From: Gammaproteobacteria bacterium
GTDB lineage: Bacteria; Pseudomonadota; Gammaproteobacteria; Eutrophobiales; Eutrophobiaceae
NCBI GenBank assembly: GCA_965116495.1
Contig: OZ220696.1
Location: forward strand, 4,256,001 to 4,320,000
Reading direction: 5' to 3'
Length of the DNA: 64,000 nucleotides
The notes beneath the pieces are model-generated. The model worked only from the letters and a program-made list of their open reading frames with translations, was not told the DNA's origin and ran no database searches. The translations under genes and the position numbers were made by a program. Shown here one piece after another: positions 9,271-17,974 of this stretch; positions within the stretch are counted from its first letter, which is position 1, and each line of letters opens with the position of its first letter.

Positions 9271-9862
9271 TTACCGTCTCCTCAAACTTGAACTCGTTGC
9301 ACGCTATGCATGCTCCACAAGGTTCTTCCCCACCAGCATGGCATGAGTAAGTGTCTCGAATTCCTTTTTTTTTCGCCATTTCAACAATCTCCACCTTGTG
9401 AAATTTTGAGAGTGGTGCCAAGACTAGTATTTGGCGGCCCATACATGTTGCAATCATTTGCTCCGCATTATGTAAAAAGGTGGTTGTTTGGTCAGGAAAG
9501 AGACTGGTATCTTCATGCAAAAGTCCGATTGAGACAGCATCAGCTTTTACTTGATATGCGTACGCTGAGGCTATAAGCAAAAATAACATGTTGCGACCTG
9601 GGGTGAATGCATCCTCAAGCACATGCATGTTTCGATCCGTCAACCCTGAACGAATGAGAGTTCCGTATCCTTCAAGATTAGCGACTTCAGGTTGTGGTAG
9701 ATTCAGATGTGACATGGCTCTTTTGCAAGCCGCCAATTCAAAGTCGCGTGAGCGCTGACCATAGTCAATAAATAGAGGGAACTGTTGTACGCCTTCTTCA
9801 TGCGCCAATTGTGCTAGCAACGTAGAGTCCAGACCGCCTGATACGAGTGTTACCATGCTCAT
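9257..9862 (-). CDS. queC: QueC-family (7-cyano-7-deazaguanine synthase-like; Cap9-like)
   Basis: SGGLDS PP-loop, DYGQR, PGRNMLFL, and Zn motif YSCH..CGACIAC. Confidence 0.9.
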   Translation of the reverse strand: MSMVTLVSGGLDSTLLAQLAHEEGVQQFPLFIDYGQRSRDFELAACKRAMSHLNLPQPEVANLEGYGTLIRSGLTDRNMHVLEDAFTPGRNMLFLLIASAYAYQVKADAVSIGLLHEDTSLFPDQTTTFLHNAEQMIATCMGRQILVLAPLSKFHKVEIVEMAKKKGIRDTYSCHAGGEEPCGACIACNEFKFEETVSGRR

Positions 9863-9864
9863 AC

Positions 9865-10569
9865 TTACACCATTGCATATCCAGAACTTCGTGCAACGCG
9901 CATTACTATCCAGATTGCCCAGTCTAGGAGGCCAACTTTGACATCCATTTCTAGAGCATGCCTCACTAAGTTTTTTTCCTGCCTCTGATAGTTCGCGAGA
10001 TGAGAGATTGAACCTACTTTTTTAGAATAATAGCCTAAAGCGGTCATATAGTCGATCACATGTCGGTCGATGATTGCAAGATCATAGCTAAGGCAAATAT
10101 TTCTTAAGAACATGCTCGCCTGTTTGGGCCCTATCCCAGGCGTATTTCGGACAAGCCAAGAACGGGTATCGGAGGGTGTTTGAAAGGATGCAAGAAGGCA
10201 TTCAAGACTATCTGACGCTTGTGTAATTACCTGCCTAGTTGCGGCAAGTTGGTTTGCCCGGATTCTCGGGTAACGGTAAGCTCGTTGCCGGTTTTCGACA
10301 TTAAGCCGTTGAATAAGTAGATTATTAAGTTCCATAGCCAGAACACTTTCTGATATGTGCTCATCCAACAAAAGGCTACTCGTGTCGATCGCATCTGCTG
10401 CAGCGACTGCCAGTGGGTAAGGAACTTGGCTGCTAAGCAAACAACAAGAAAGCTCATACCAAAGGCAACGTTCGTCAAGTGTTGGTTTTCGAGAGGCGAC
10501 ACGATTTTCAATATCAGGATAGATGGTTGAAACTGCTTCCGAAAGCCTGTATGGCTCAATGCGAATCAT
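9865..10569 (-). CDS. 8-oxoguanine DNA glycosylase/AP-lyase-like HhH protein (Cap11-like)
   Basis: ELSCCLLSSQ, YRYP..RA, PGIGPKQASMFLRN, LAIIDRHV and LDWAIW. Confidence 0.8.
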   Translation of the reverse strand: MIRIEPYRLSEAVSTIYPDIENRVASRKPTLDERCLWYELSCCLLSSQVPYPLAVAAADAIDTSSLLLDEHISESVLAMELNNLLIQRLNVENRQRAYRYPRIRANQLAATRQVITQASDSLECLLASFQTPSDTRSWLVRNTPGIGPKQASMFLRNICLSYDLAIIDRHVIDYMTALGYYSKKVGSISHLANYQRQEKNLVRHALEMDVKVGLLDWAIWIVMRVARSSGYAMV

Positions 10570-12047
10570 TTGAAGATTCCCGGTATCTTTTTTTCTAACA
10601 ACTCTACGTTTATTTTGCCTAGCAATTTCGTAACAAATCCCTCTAACCGTTCCTCGACTGTAGCCAACTGTAGTTTTGCAGAAAAATTAGCATAATAATC
10701 AAGATTGTGAAGAGAAACTTTTCCAGAAATTCCAATTTCAGCGTCATCTATTGCTGCCTGTGTTACCGAAGAGTCAGCTAATCGGGCTTGGAATTCGAAG
10801 AAATCGAAATGTTGAGTGTGATGAAGTGTTCCCCTCTCTGTGTCAACGGCGTATCGGCACCATTCGAGACCATCAAAGCTATCCGCACCAGCTGCAGTGT
10901 ATACTACAATACTCCAAGGATTTCCCGTACCTAGAAGATGTATCGGTTGATAGAATGGCAACTTGGCCAATTCCTCCCGAATTTTCCTTACTGTACGTGC
11001 ACCTTCGATAAGTCCAGGTCCAAGTTCACGCTCAGGGACAGCAATTAGAGGTGGGTGTAGGTTCTCGGAAATTTCACGAATAATTGTTGGTAAATGTTCA
11101 AGGTCGTGCCCACCCGGTTGAAGTTGTGGTGCATGCACGATAGGGATAATAGGCGCATCGGTTAGTTTCTGATCCTGTCTGATCCCGCCAAGTATTGCTG
11201 AGACTGAAGTTTTAGGTTTCCGTTGTCGAGAGGAAGGATTTATGGGTGGGGCTGGATAGTCAAATGAAAGAACCCAATCGTGCGGCGTTTGACTGAGCGC
11301 TTGCTTTAGATCATCTCGGCTCCAAGTTTTGTTTTCCAGTCTTGTAGCCTCATAGTTGCCAGAGTCGACCATCACAAAACCACCATTTTTACGAAAACGT
11401 GCGAGTGCATTTCTCAGTTGAGTTAACTCCTTCAGTTTTTTTGCACTGGGATAATGTTGCTCAACTAGGTCATAAGCTGAGACTAGAATGGTTGGACCTC
11501 CGCGTAAATTTGTTGAATCGAACGCACCAATTCCGAATACCGAAAGGACTTTTACCGCCTCGAGTGGTTCAAGTCGTGTTTCATATGAAGATGCCGAGTG
11601 GAATAGAGAGGGGAGTTTTATTTGCAGATTTGCAATTTCCTCGGGGCGTTTGGGGGGAAATCTGGGCGAAACAATGGTGGCCAATTTTCTTTGTAATTGT
11701 TTCAAGCCTTCATGATCGCGTTCACCTTTCCAGCATTGCATATCGACTGTGCTCCAAACGGTGTACCCGTAAGGTGCTTTACAGTCCTCAATTGTTGCTG
11801 GAACCAAAGTGATGTTGTTATCTTTAGAGATTTCAAGCTCATTTATCACATTGTCGCTACAGCGTGCCGCCGAAGACCAAATAGGAACCACACATTTCGC
11901 TTTCTGCAATTCTTTCTCGATTTCTATATTGAATTTTCCCGTGACGGTATCGTCCCACCAGACATCCCAGCTTTCTGACAAGATTTCAAAAAGTTGCTTC
12001 GCTTTATCACGGTCGGTGCTTGAATAAATTATGCAAATATCGGCCAA
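10566..12047 (-). CDS. Fusion of N-terminal TIR domain and C-terminal tRNA-guanine-transglycosylase-like barrel (Cap10-like)
   Basis: aa 1-130 TIR: IIYSSTD, VWWD, VVPIWS, SDNVINEL. C-terminal part: MVDSGNYE, IHLLGTG, AGADSFDG, LHNL. TTG start; ATGA overlap with the next gene. Confidence 0.8.
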   Translation of the reverse strand: MADICIIYSSTDRDKAKQLFEILSESWDVWWDDTVTGKFNIEIEKELQKAKCVVPIWSSAARCSDNVINELEISKDNNITLVPATIEDCKAPYGYTVWSTVDMQCWKGERDHEGLKQLQRKLATIVSPRFPPKRPEEIANLQIKLPSLFHSASSYETRLEPLEAVKVLSVFGIGAFDSTNLRGGPTILVSAYDLVEQHYPSAKKLKELTQLRNALARFRKNGGFVMVDSGNYEATRLENKTWSRDDLKQALSQTPHDWVLSFDYPAPPINPSSRQRKPKTSVSAILGGIRQDQKLTDAPIIPIVHAPQLQPGGHDLEHLPTIIREISENLHPPLIAVPERELGPGLIEGARTVRKIREELAKLPFYQPIHLLGTGNPWSIVVYTAAGADSFDGLEWCRYAVDTERGTLHHTQHFDFFEFQARLADSSVTQAAIDDAEIGISGKVSLHNLDYYANFSAKLQLATVEERLEGFVTKLLGKINVELLEKKIPGIFK

Positions 12048-12122
12048 AATATCTTAATCCCAAAGCAGGCGGCTAACGCTCGGAGCAGTATTTGATATAG
12101 CTATTGTAAATTGCATCTTATG

Positions 12123-13205
12123 CTAGTGTGCTGTCCCAGAAATAACTGTGCATAGTCTTTCAACCTTGTTCAAGATAGACTCAGCCGTCGCCGTCCAAAC
12201 GAATGGGCGAGTATTCGCATTATAGTTGTCCACAAACTGCTTGATCTTGTTGACGAGTTGTTTTACTGAGGTAAAGGAGCCCCGCCGGATGGCCGTTTGG
12301 GTGATGAGACCAAACCAGCGTTCCACCTGATTGAGCCATGAGGCATAGGTGGGGGTGTAGTGCACATGGTAACGGGGTCGTTTTGCCAGCCAGGCCTTCA
12401 CCTTGGCATGTTTGTGGGTGACGTAATTATCGACGATCAGATGCACGTCCAGGTCGGCGGGCACGTTCCGGTCGATGTGTCGCAGGAAGGCCAGGAATTC
12501 CTGATGCCGGTGGCGGCGTGTACAGCGGCTGAGCACGGTGCCGGTGGCCACGTCCAGGGCGGCAAACAAGGTGGTGGTGCCGTGCCGGATATAGTCATGC
12601 GTCACCCCCTCGACATAGCCCAGTCCCAGGGGCAACAGCGGCTGTGTGCGTTCCAGGGCCTGGATTTGGGTCTTCTCATCGACACACAGGACCACGGCAT
12701 GGTCGGGCGGGTTCAGGTATAAACCGACGATATCGCGCACCTTCTCGATGAAGAACGGGTCGGTGGATAGTTTGAAGGTGCGTTGTCGTTGGGGCTGTAT
12801 TCCGAACAGGGTGAACCAGCGCTGTACGGTGCTTTTTGAGACGCCGGTGTGCTCGGCCAGGGTGCGTAGCGTCCAGTGGGTCCCGTCGGACGGGGTGGAT
12901 TGCAAGGCGGTATTGATGACCTCGGCCACCCGTTCGTCGTCGTGGCTGCGCGGGCGCCCGGCACGCAGTTCGTCGTGCAAGCCTTCAAGGCCGTGCTCGA
13001 CGTAGCGTTTGCGCCATTTGGCCACGGTATTCTTATTCAAACGCAGCCGTGCGGCGATGGCGCTGCCGGGCTCACCCTCGGCACAGGCGAGGACAATCTG
13101 GGCGCGTTGGACCAGGCCATGTGGCAAGGAACGTGACTGTGCGAGGCTGAGTAACTGACTTTTTTCATCCTGGTTGAGTACAATGGGGGTAGCACGACGA
13201 GGCAT
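12123..13205 (-). CDS. IS630 transposase
   Basis: HTH region, VDEKTQIQAL, HDYIRHGTTTLFAAL, DNYVTHK, HYTPTYASWLNQVERWF. ORF appears intact; start between 13205 and 13232. Confidence 0.95.
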   Translation of the reverse strand: MPRRATPIVLNQDEKSQLLSLAQSRSLPHGLVQRAQIVLACAEGEPGSAIAARLRLNKNTVAKWRKRYVEHGLEGLHDELRAGRPRSHDDERVAEVINTALQSTPSDGTHWTLRTLAEHTGVSKSTVQRWFTLFGIQPQRQRTFKLSTDPFFIEKVRDIVGLYLNPPDHAVVLCVDEKTQIQALERTQPLLPLGLGYVEGVTHDYIRHGTTTLFAALDVATGTVLSRCTRRHRHQEFLAFLRHIDRNVPADLDVHLIVDNYVTHKHAKVKAWLAKRPRYHVHYTPTYASWLNQVERWFGLITQTAIRRGSFTSVKQLVNKIKQFVDNYNANTRPFVWTATAESILNKVERLCTVISGTAH

Positions 13206-13269
13206 GAGCATTTCTCCGGGTAATGGGTTCATGCCTATTATACCTCTTATTTATGGGACAGTACACTAG
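12123..13269 (-). mobile_element. IS630-family insertion sequence
   Basis: Ends CTAGTGTGCTGTCCCAGAAATAA (12123-12145) and TTATTTATGGGACAGTACACTAG (13247-13269) match as inverted repeats at 21/23 positions. TA duplication at a CTAG site; more GC-rich than its flanks. Confidence 0.93.
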
Positions 13270-14444
13270 GTGGATTCAGGGGAATCCTTCGGTATCGCCG
13301 CCCAAAAAGCGAAGTACAGAGCAGAAACAAAGTCATCAGTGATTGTGAAGTTTGGTCCAGCCAAGGCCGTGAACACAGGGTCAACCTTTTCCTCAGCCAG
13401 AACAACAACAGATAATCCCTCGTTATGCGCACGTTGGCCTTTGGCCAAGAGATTTGGTGTCAATACGGTGGCAATAATCAGGACTGTGGTCGGTTCTTGA
13501 AGAATGGCATCTCGATCTATACCATTGAGTTCATAACAGATAACCGTTGCTCCAAGTTCGCATAAACGAAACCGGGCTTCTTCCAAAACATACCGACCAC
13601 CGATTGTGTTAACCTCACCCTCAAGTGAAATTGGGCCAGGTTGAGAGGTGCCGATTGCTACAAGGTCAGACATTGATCCTGAAGGTACGGGGAGTTGGCG
13701 AGTGCTGCAGTACCTTGCAACCGAACGAGACGCAAGATCAGCCGCATAGTATGCAGACATTTTTGCTTCTGCCCAATAAAAGGTGAATATAGCGCTAAAG
13801 ACGTCTCCACTCCCTATTTTAAAGACACTGCTCGAACGATACGCTGGAATGTGGCTCTCCTCTACACCGGGCTCAAATACTATAGCGCCTTGGGCACCTG
13901 CCTTAACAATGATTACCGAAACATTTTGTTCCTGCATAATGCGTTTGGCAGCCAATTTAAGATCATCCTCCCCCGTAATTAATCTAAGCTCAAGCACATT
14001 GAGAACAATAGCAAGCTCTTCGGCGTAAGAACCATTTTCACCGAATGTCTTAGGGGATAAAGCTGTCTGGGGGTCATAGACAGCCCGTTTTGCTTTGACA
14101 ATTGCATCACCTTCCAAAAAACCAAAGCATAACACTGTATCTCCAGAGACTTGGAGTGGCGGCTGCCGCTCGATTTGGTCATAAGAGGGTTCGATGTGGG
14201 GTTGCGATAGAGGATGAAAGTAGGAGAATGCGATTCGGACATTCGAGGGTTGTCCCCGCAATGTTATACCAAGACTTTCAAGGAGTCCGATTCCAGGACT
14301 ATTTCTATCACTTACATATGTGTGAAGCACACTTCCGGGGGATAAATTGCTAACAGCTGCTGCTGCCCGACCGCCAGACCCAAATTCTGCATCCCATTCT
14401 GGAATCATACAAATTTCGTGATATAAACCACCTACAATCTGCAT
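13266..14444 (-). CDS. PfkB/ribokinase-family kinase with C-terminal nucleoside-deoxyribosyltransferase-like domain
   Basis: FGSGGRAAAA, VYDPQ, IVKAGAQGA and KIGSGDVFSA (PfkB anion-hole motif). The C-terminal ~125 aa alpha/beta extension is tentatively NDT-like and degenerate. Confidence 0.75.
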   Translation of the reverse strand: MQIVGGLYHEICMIPEWDAEFGSGGRAAAAVSNLSPGSVLHTYVSDRNSPGIGLLESLGITLRGQPSNVRIAFSYFHPLSQPHIEPSYDQIERQPPLQVSGDTVLCFGFLEGDAIVKAKRAVYDPQTALSPKTFGENGSYAEELAIVLNVLELRLITGEDDLKLAAKRIMQEQNVSVIIVKAGAQGAIVFEPGVEESHIPAYRSSSVFKIGSGDVFSAIFTFYWAEAKMSAYYAADLASRSVARYCSTRQLPVPSGSMSDLVAIGTSQPGPISLEGEVNTIGGRYVLEEARFRLCELGATVICYELNGIDRDAILQEPTTVLIIATVLTPNLLAKGQRAHNEGLSVVVLAEEKVDPVFTALAGPNFTITDDFVSALYFAFWAAIPKDSPEST

Positions 14445-14607
14445 ATTATGTCCTAGGTATCTTTCTTTAGCTCGATTGAGTGTAGTTTCTTAGGGCATCT
14501 CTGGCACAAAGTCTAAAATATTAAGGAAGATGCTGATGCATTATGATCTTAATTCATTATTGGTACATTTTCTCAAATTTACATCGTTCCTTTGCTGTCG
14601 ATACGGG

Positions 14608-15387
14608 TCATAGATCATGCCAACTGGCGTCCATTATATCCCCGTTATCATCAAAACTAATGATCACCCTCTTTACAATATTGAGTTCATGATTAAGTTG
14701 ATTGGGGCGGCCGTATTTTAAGTGTGACTTGAGGCTACCCTCGACCTTCTCGTTAATTAGGGTATCAGTGACTTTGATGTCATAATCATCGAACCATCCA
14801 TAACAGTTTGTAGAAACAGATATCATTTTGTTGGTATATTCCTTCTTAGGCGGGAATAAGTTCATGAGGCTCGTATTTAGCTCGACAACTTCGAATTGGA
14901 TTGGAAACGTAGCTTTGTTGTGAAGTAGGAACCCTAAACTTATGGTGTTCACAGCACCATCTTCTGTTAATGTCCTGTTTATTCTCATGTTATTAAACAC
15001 TAGCTTGCCTTCCACACTGTTTCGATAGCGCCATTCATCGAACCGCAACAGGCCGGTGGGAATGGCTACAAACAACACCCCTACGCCCACGATTAAATGG
15101 AACCAAGGAGTGCCTTGAAGCCAGCCTAGTACGCCAATCACGATGATGATTGCAATAGGTAATATTTTGTATCGCCATTCGTCAATTCGTGATAGACCAG
15201 TGGAAACGGCTACAAACAACAGCACTACACCGACGCCCAGATAGAACAAGGGAATGTCTTCAAGCCAACCCATTACACTAGCCCCGATGGAGAGCGCTAA
15301 GGGTATTACATGTTTTGTCACGGCTTCCTCAGCGAATAGGTTAGCTATCCACTTACTGAATTCTGATGACTTGTGCCTAAAATTCAT
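14608..15387 (-). CDS. Hypothetical membrane protein with internal 48-aa repeat
   Basis: N-terminal hydrophobic segments GWL...DEWRY occur twice, followed by a soluble beta-rich C-terminus. Confidence 0.65.
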   Translation of the reverse strand: MNFRHKSSEFSKWIANLFAEEAVTKHVIPLALSIGASVMGWLEDIPLFYLGVGVVLLFVAVSTGLSRIDEWRYKILPIAIIIVIGVLGWLQGTPWFHLIVGVGVLFVAIPTGLLRFDEWRYRNSVEGKLVFNNMRINRTLTEDGAVNTISLGFLLHNKATFPIQFEVVELNTSLMNLFPPKKEYTNKMISVSTNCYGWFDDYDIKVTDTLINEKVEGSLKSHLKYGRPNQLNHELNIVKRVIISFDDNGDIMDASWHDL

Positions 15388-15547
15388 GTTTGAAATCTTA
15401 TGTCAAAGCAATATTATTATTGCCAAAATATATCGCTACTTTTATAGATGCTAGGAACATGGCACACACATCCACATGCCCCTAAAAATATCTAAACTTT
15501 ACGTGACCTAGTCCCCTGTTGTGATTCACAGGTAGTCCATGGGGAGG

Positions 15548-17029
15548 TCAATACATCTCAAAATACTCCCTATGCTCCCAATCCGTAGGATGAGCCAAAA
15601 ACCGCCCAATCTCAGCCCGCTTGATATGCAGAAAGTAATCAATGTACTGATCTCCGAACCCGGCTCTCAATACCTTGCACCGATCCAGGGCCTCGACCGC
15701 CTGCATAAGCGAATTGGGCAACGGCGGCTTGTCGGTCTGCCCGTAGGGATCCCCCAGCACCGGCTCCCCCGGATCCGTCCTGTTCCGAACCCCGTCCATC
15801 CCGGCATATAACTGCGACGCCATATACAGGTAAGGATTCGCCGAGGGTTCCCCCGAGCGATTCTCGATACGCGTACTCGGCTCAGCGTAACCCCCCACCA
15901 GCCTGAGCATGGCGCCGCGGTTGTCGTGAGCCCAGAGAATGCGGTTCGGCGCCAGCGGGTTGGCGTTGAGGCGCTTGTAGCCGTTGATGGTCGGGTTGGA
16001 AAAGGCGCACAGCGCGGCCCCGTGTTCGACCAGTCCACCGATGTAATGGTAACCGGTATCGCTCAACAGGTTGTCGTCGCTGGTAAAGGCATTGTCCCCG
16101 GTTTCTATATTGCGCAATGACTGGTGCAGGTGCCATCCGCTCGAATAGACGTTGGGTAGGGCGGGTTTCGCCATGAAACTGGCCAGCAGCCCGTGACGCC
16201 GCATCAGGTGTTTGACGGCGGAGCGGAACAGCAGCAGGGAATCGGCCGCTTTGAGGCCGGTCAGGGGGTTGAACGTCACTTCGAACTGGCCAGGCCCCCA
16301 TTCGGCTTCGATGCTGCGCAGGGGCAGGTCCAGCCCGGCCGCCATCTCCCGGATTATCTCCGTCACGTGGGCCACCCTGTCCATGGGGTGTTCGGCATGG
16401 TATTGGAAGCCGTGGCTGAGCGCCTTCACCGCCGGCGGGTCGGGCGGGTGCCCGGCTTCACTGAGCGCCAGTTTCTCATCCTCGATGGTAAATACGTAGA
16501 ACTCGAGTTCCAGCCCGGCGATATAACTGTAGTTCAGGTCCGCCAGTGCATTGAGTGCGTTACGCATTACCTGCCGGGTGTCAAACGGCATGCGGGTGCG
16601 GTCCTTCAGGTACATATCGGCGATGATCCAGGCCGTGTCCGGCGCCCAGGGCAGGATTTTGAAGGTCATCGGGTCCGGCGCCAGCATCATGTCGCCGGCG
16701 CCGCCCATCTGCTCGACGCCGAAGCCGCCGTCCGCCTCGAACAGCGGGAAAACGGGGGTGTTGGATGTGTCTTTGCCGAGGTTGGAGAAGGTATCGGCCA
16801 CGCCGTTCTGCAGGGCCAGCAGGAAGTTGTCCACGCTTAACGCTTTGCCCCGCATGATCCCGTGCTGGTCGCTGTAAACGACCCGTACCGTCGTGACGCC
16901 GTTCTCTCTGATTAATTCCGGCAGTTGCCCGGCGCGTTCCGATTGCTCCTCGTTCCATGCGCCGGCCTCGGCGATGAAATTGTTGTGGCCGACGCTGATT
17001 TCATGTGAACTGTCCTGAGCTGAATTCAT
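15548..17029 (-). CDS. Glutamine synthetase-like gamma-glutamyl ligase (AtdA1/TdnQ-like)
   Basis: DQHGIMRGK, GLELEFY, EWGPGQFE, SGWHLHQS, DNRGAMLR, IENRSGEPSANPYL. Confidence 0.85.
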   Translation of the reverse strand: MNSAQDSSHEISVGHNNFIAEAGAWNEEQSERAGQLPELIRENGVTTVRVVYSDQHGIMRGKALSVDNFLLALQNGVADTFSNLGKDTSNTPVFPLFEADGGFGVEQMGGAGDMMLAPDPMTFKILPWAPDTAWIIADMYLKDRTRMPFDTRQVMRNALNALADLNYSYIAGLELEFYVFTIEDEKLALSEAGHPPDPPAVKALSHGFQYHAEHPMDRVAHVTEIIREMAAGLDLPLRSIEAEWGPGQFEVTFNPLTGLKAADSLLLFRSAVKHLMRRHGLLASFMAKPALPNVYSSGWHLHQSLRNIETGDNAFTSDDNLLSDTGYHYIGGLVEHGAALCAFSNPTINGYKRLNANPLAPNRILWAHDNRGAMLRLVGGYAEPSTRIENRSGEPSANPYLYMASQLYAGMDGVRNRTDPGEPVLGDPYGQTDKPPLPNSLMQAVEALDRCKVLRAGFGDQYIDYFLHIKRAEIGRFLAHPTDWEHREYFEMY

Positions 17030-17104
17030 GCTAATCCCCTGTAATTGCTCTCATCAGGATAATAGCAGTTTATCAATAGGCGGGTTAAGGGTTAAAATAC
17101 GAAA

Positions 17105-17971
17105 ATGAAACTCCCCCACGAACGATTTGATTACTCCGCCATGCCGCAGCGCGAACCGGTCCGGTTTCCGAACGGTGAGCGTATCGCGGTGTACATGATC
17201 GTCAACATCGAAGAATGGAATATCGAGAAGCCCGTTGCCAGGGAGTATGTGACCTCGCCGGCGGGGGTGGTGACCGTGCCCAACGTCCCCAACTGGTCGT
17301 GGCACGAGTACGGCATGCGGGTCGGTGTCTGGCGCATCATGGATGCCCTGATGGCGCGTGGCCTGAAGGCCAACGTCGCCATCAATGCGCGGGTGTGCGA
17401 GGGCGCCGGCGAGCCGGTGGCCCGGGCCATGCGGGATGCCGGCTGGGATTTCATGGGGCACGGGTATGCCCAGGCGCCCATGCACGTGGTCGAGGACCAG
17501 GTGGAGGTGGTGAACAAATCCTTTGCCGTTCTGAAGGATTACACCGGCAAGGCGCCAAAGGGCTGGCTGGGGCCGGGCCTGCAGGAGACCCTGGATACGC
17601 TGGATCACCTGGCCGCGGCCGGGTTCAGGTTTGTCTGTGACTGGCCCATGGATGAACACCCTGTCACCATGAAAACCGCCGCGGGACCGATCATGGCCAT
17701 GCCGTATTCGTTTGAGCTCAGCGACCTGCCGATGATGGTCGTGCACGCACACACATCGGAGGTGTGGCTGAAGCGGGCCAAGGACCAGTTCGACCGGCTC
17801 TACCGGGAAGGCGCGGACCAGCCCAGGGTCATGTCATTGGGTGTGCATCCCTATATAATGGGCGTGCCGCACCGGATAGGCTATTTCGAGGAGGTCCTGG
17901 ATTACATTCTGGGCAAGGATGATGTATGGTTTGCCACGGCCGATGAGTTGTATGACTGGTTCAGCAGGTAA
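17105..17971 (+). CDS. Polysaccharide deacetylase family (PuuE/allantoinase-like)
   Basis: NIEEW, WHEYGMRVGVWR, MGHGY, GWLGPG, HPYIMGVPHRI. Confidence 0.85.
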   Translation: MKLPHERFDYSAMPQREPVRFPNGERIAVYMIVNIEEWNIEKPVAREYVTSPAGVVTVPNVPNWSWHEYGMRVGVWRIMDALMARGLKANVAINARVCEGAGEPVARAMRDAGWDFMGHGYAQAPMHVVEDQVEVVNKSFAVLKDYTGKAPKGWLGPGLQETLDTLDHLAAAGFRFVCDWPMDEHPVTMKTAAGPIMAMPYSFELSDLPMMVVHAHTSEVWLKRAKDQFDRLYREGADQPRVMSLGVHPYIMGVPHRIGYFEEVLDYILGKDDVWFATADELYDWFSR

Positions 17972-17974
17972 TTA

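Noticed and set aside
9257-12047. Housekeeping queuosine biosynthesis or Dpd DNA-modification cluster
   Set aside because: No queD, queE, queF, folE or dpdB-K nearby; the TGT-like domain is fused to TIR and lacks the zinc motif; the context is a defence island.
1-12120. Integron cassette array
   Set aside because: Isolated GTTRRRY-like words exist (e.g. GCGTTAGCCG on the minus strand near 12075), but I found no paired attC structures and no integrase in the window.
7754-14444. Canonical CBASS or canonical Thoeris
   Set aside because: I could not recognise a CD-NTase or a ThsA (SIR2/Macro/SLOG) ORF in the island; an HMM search is needed to be certain.
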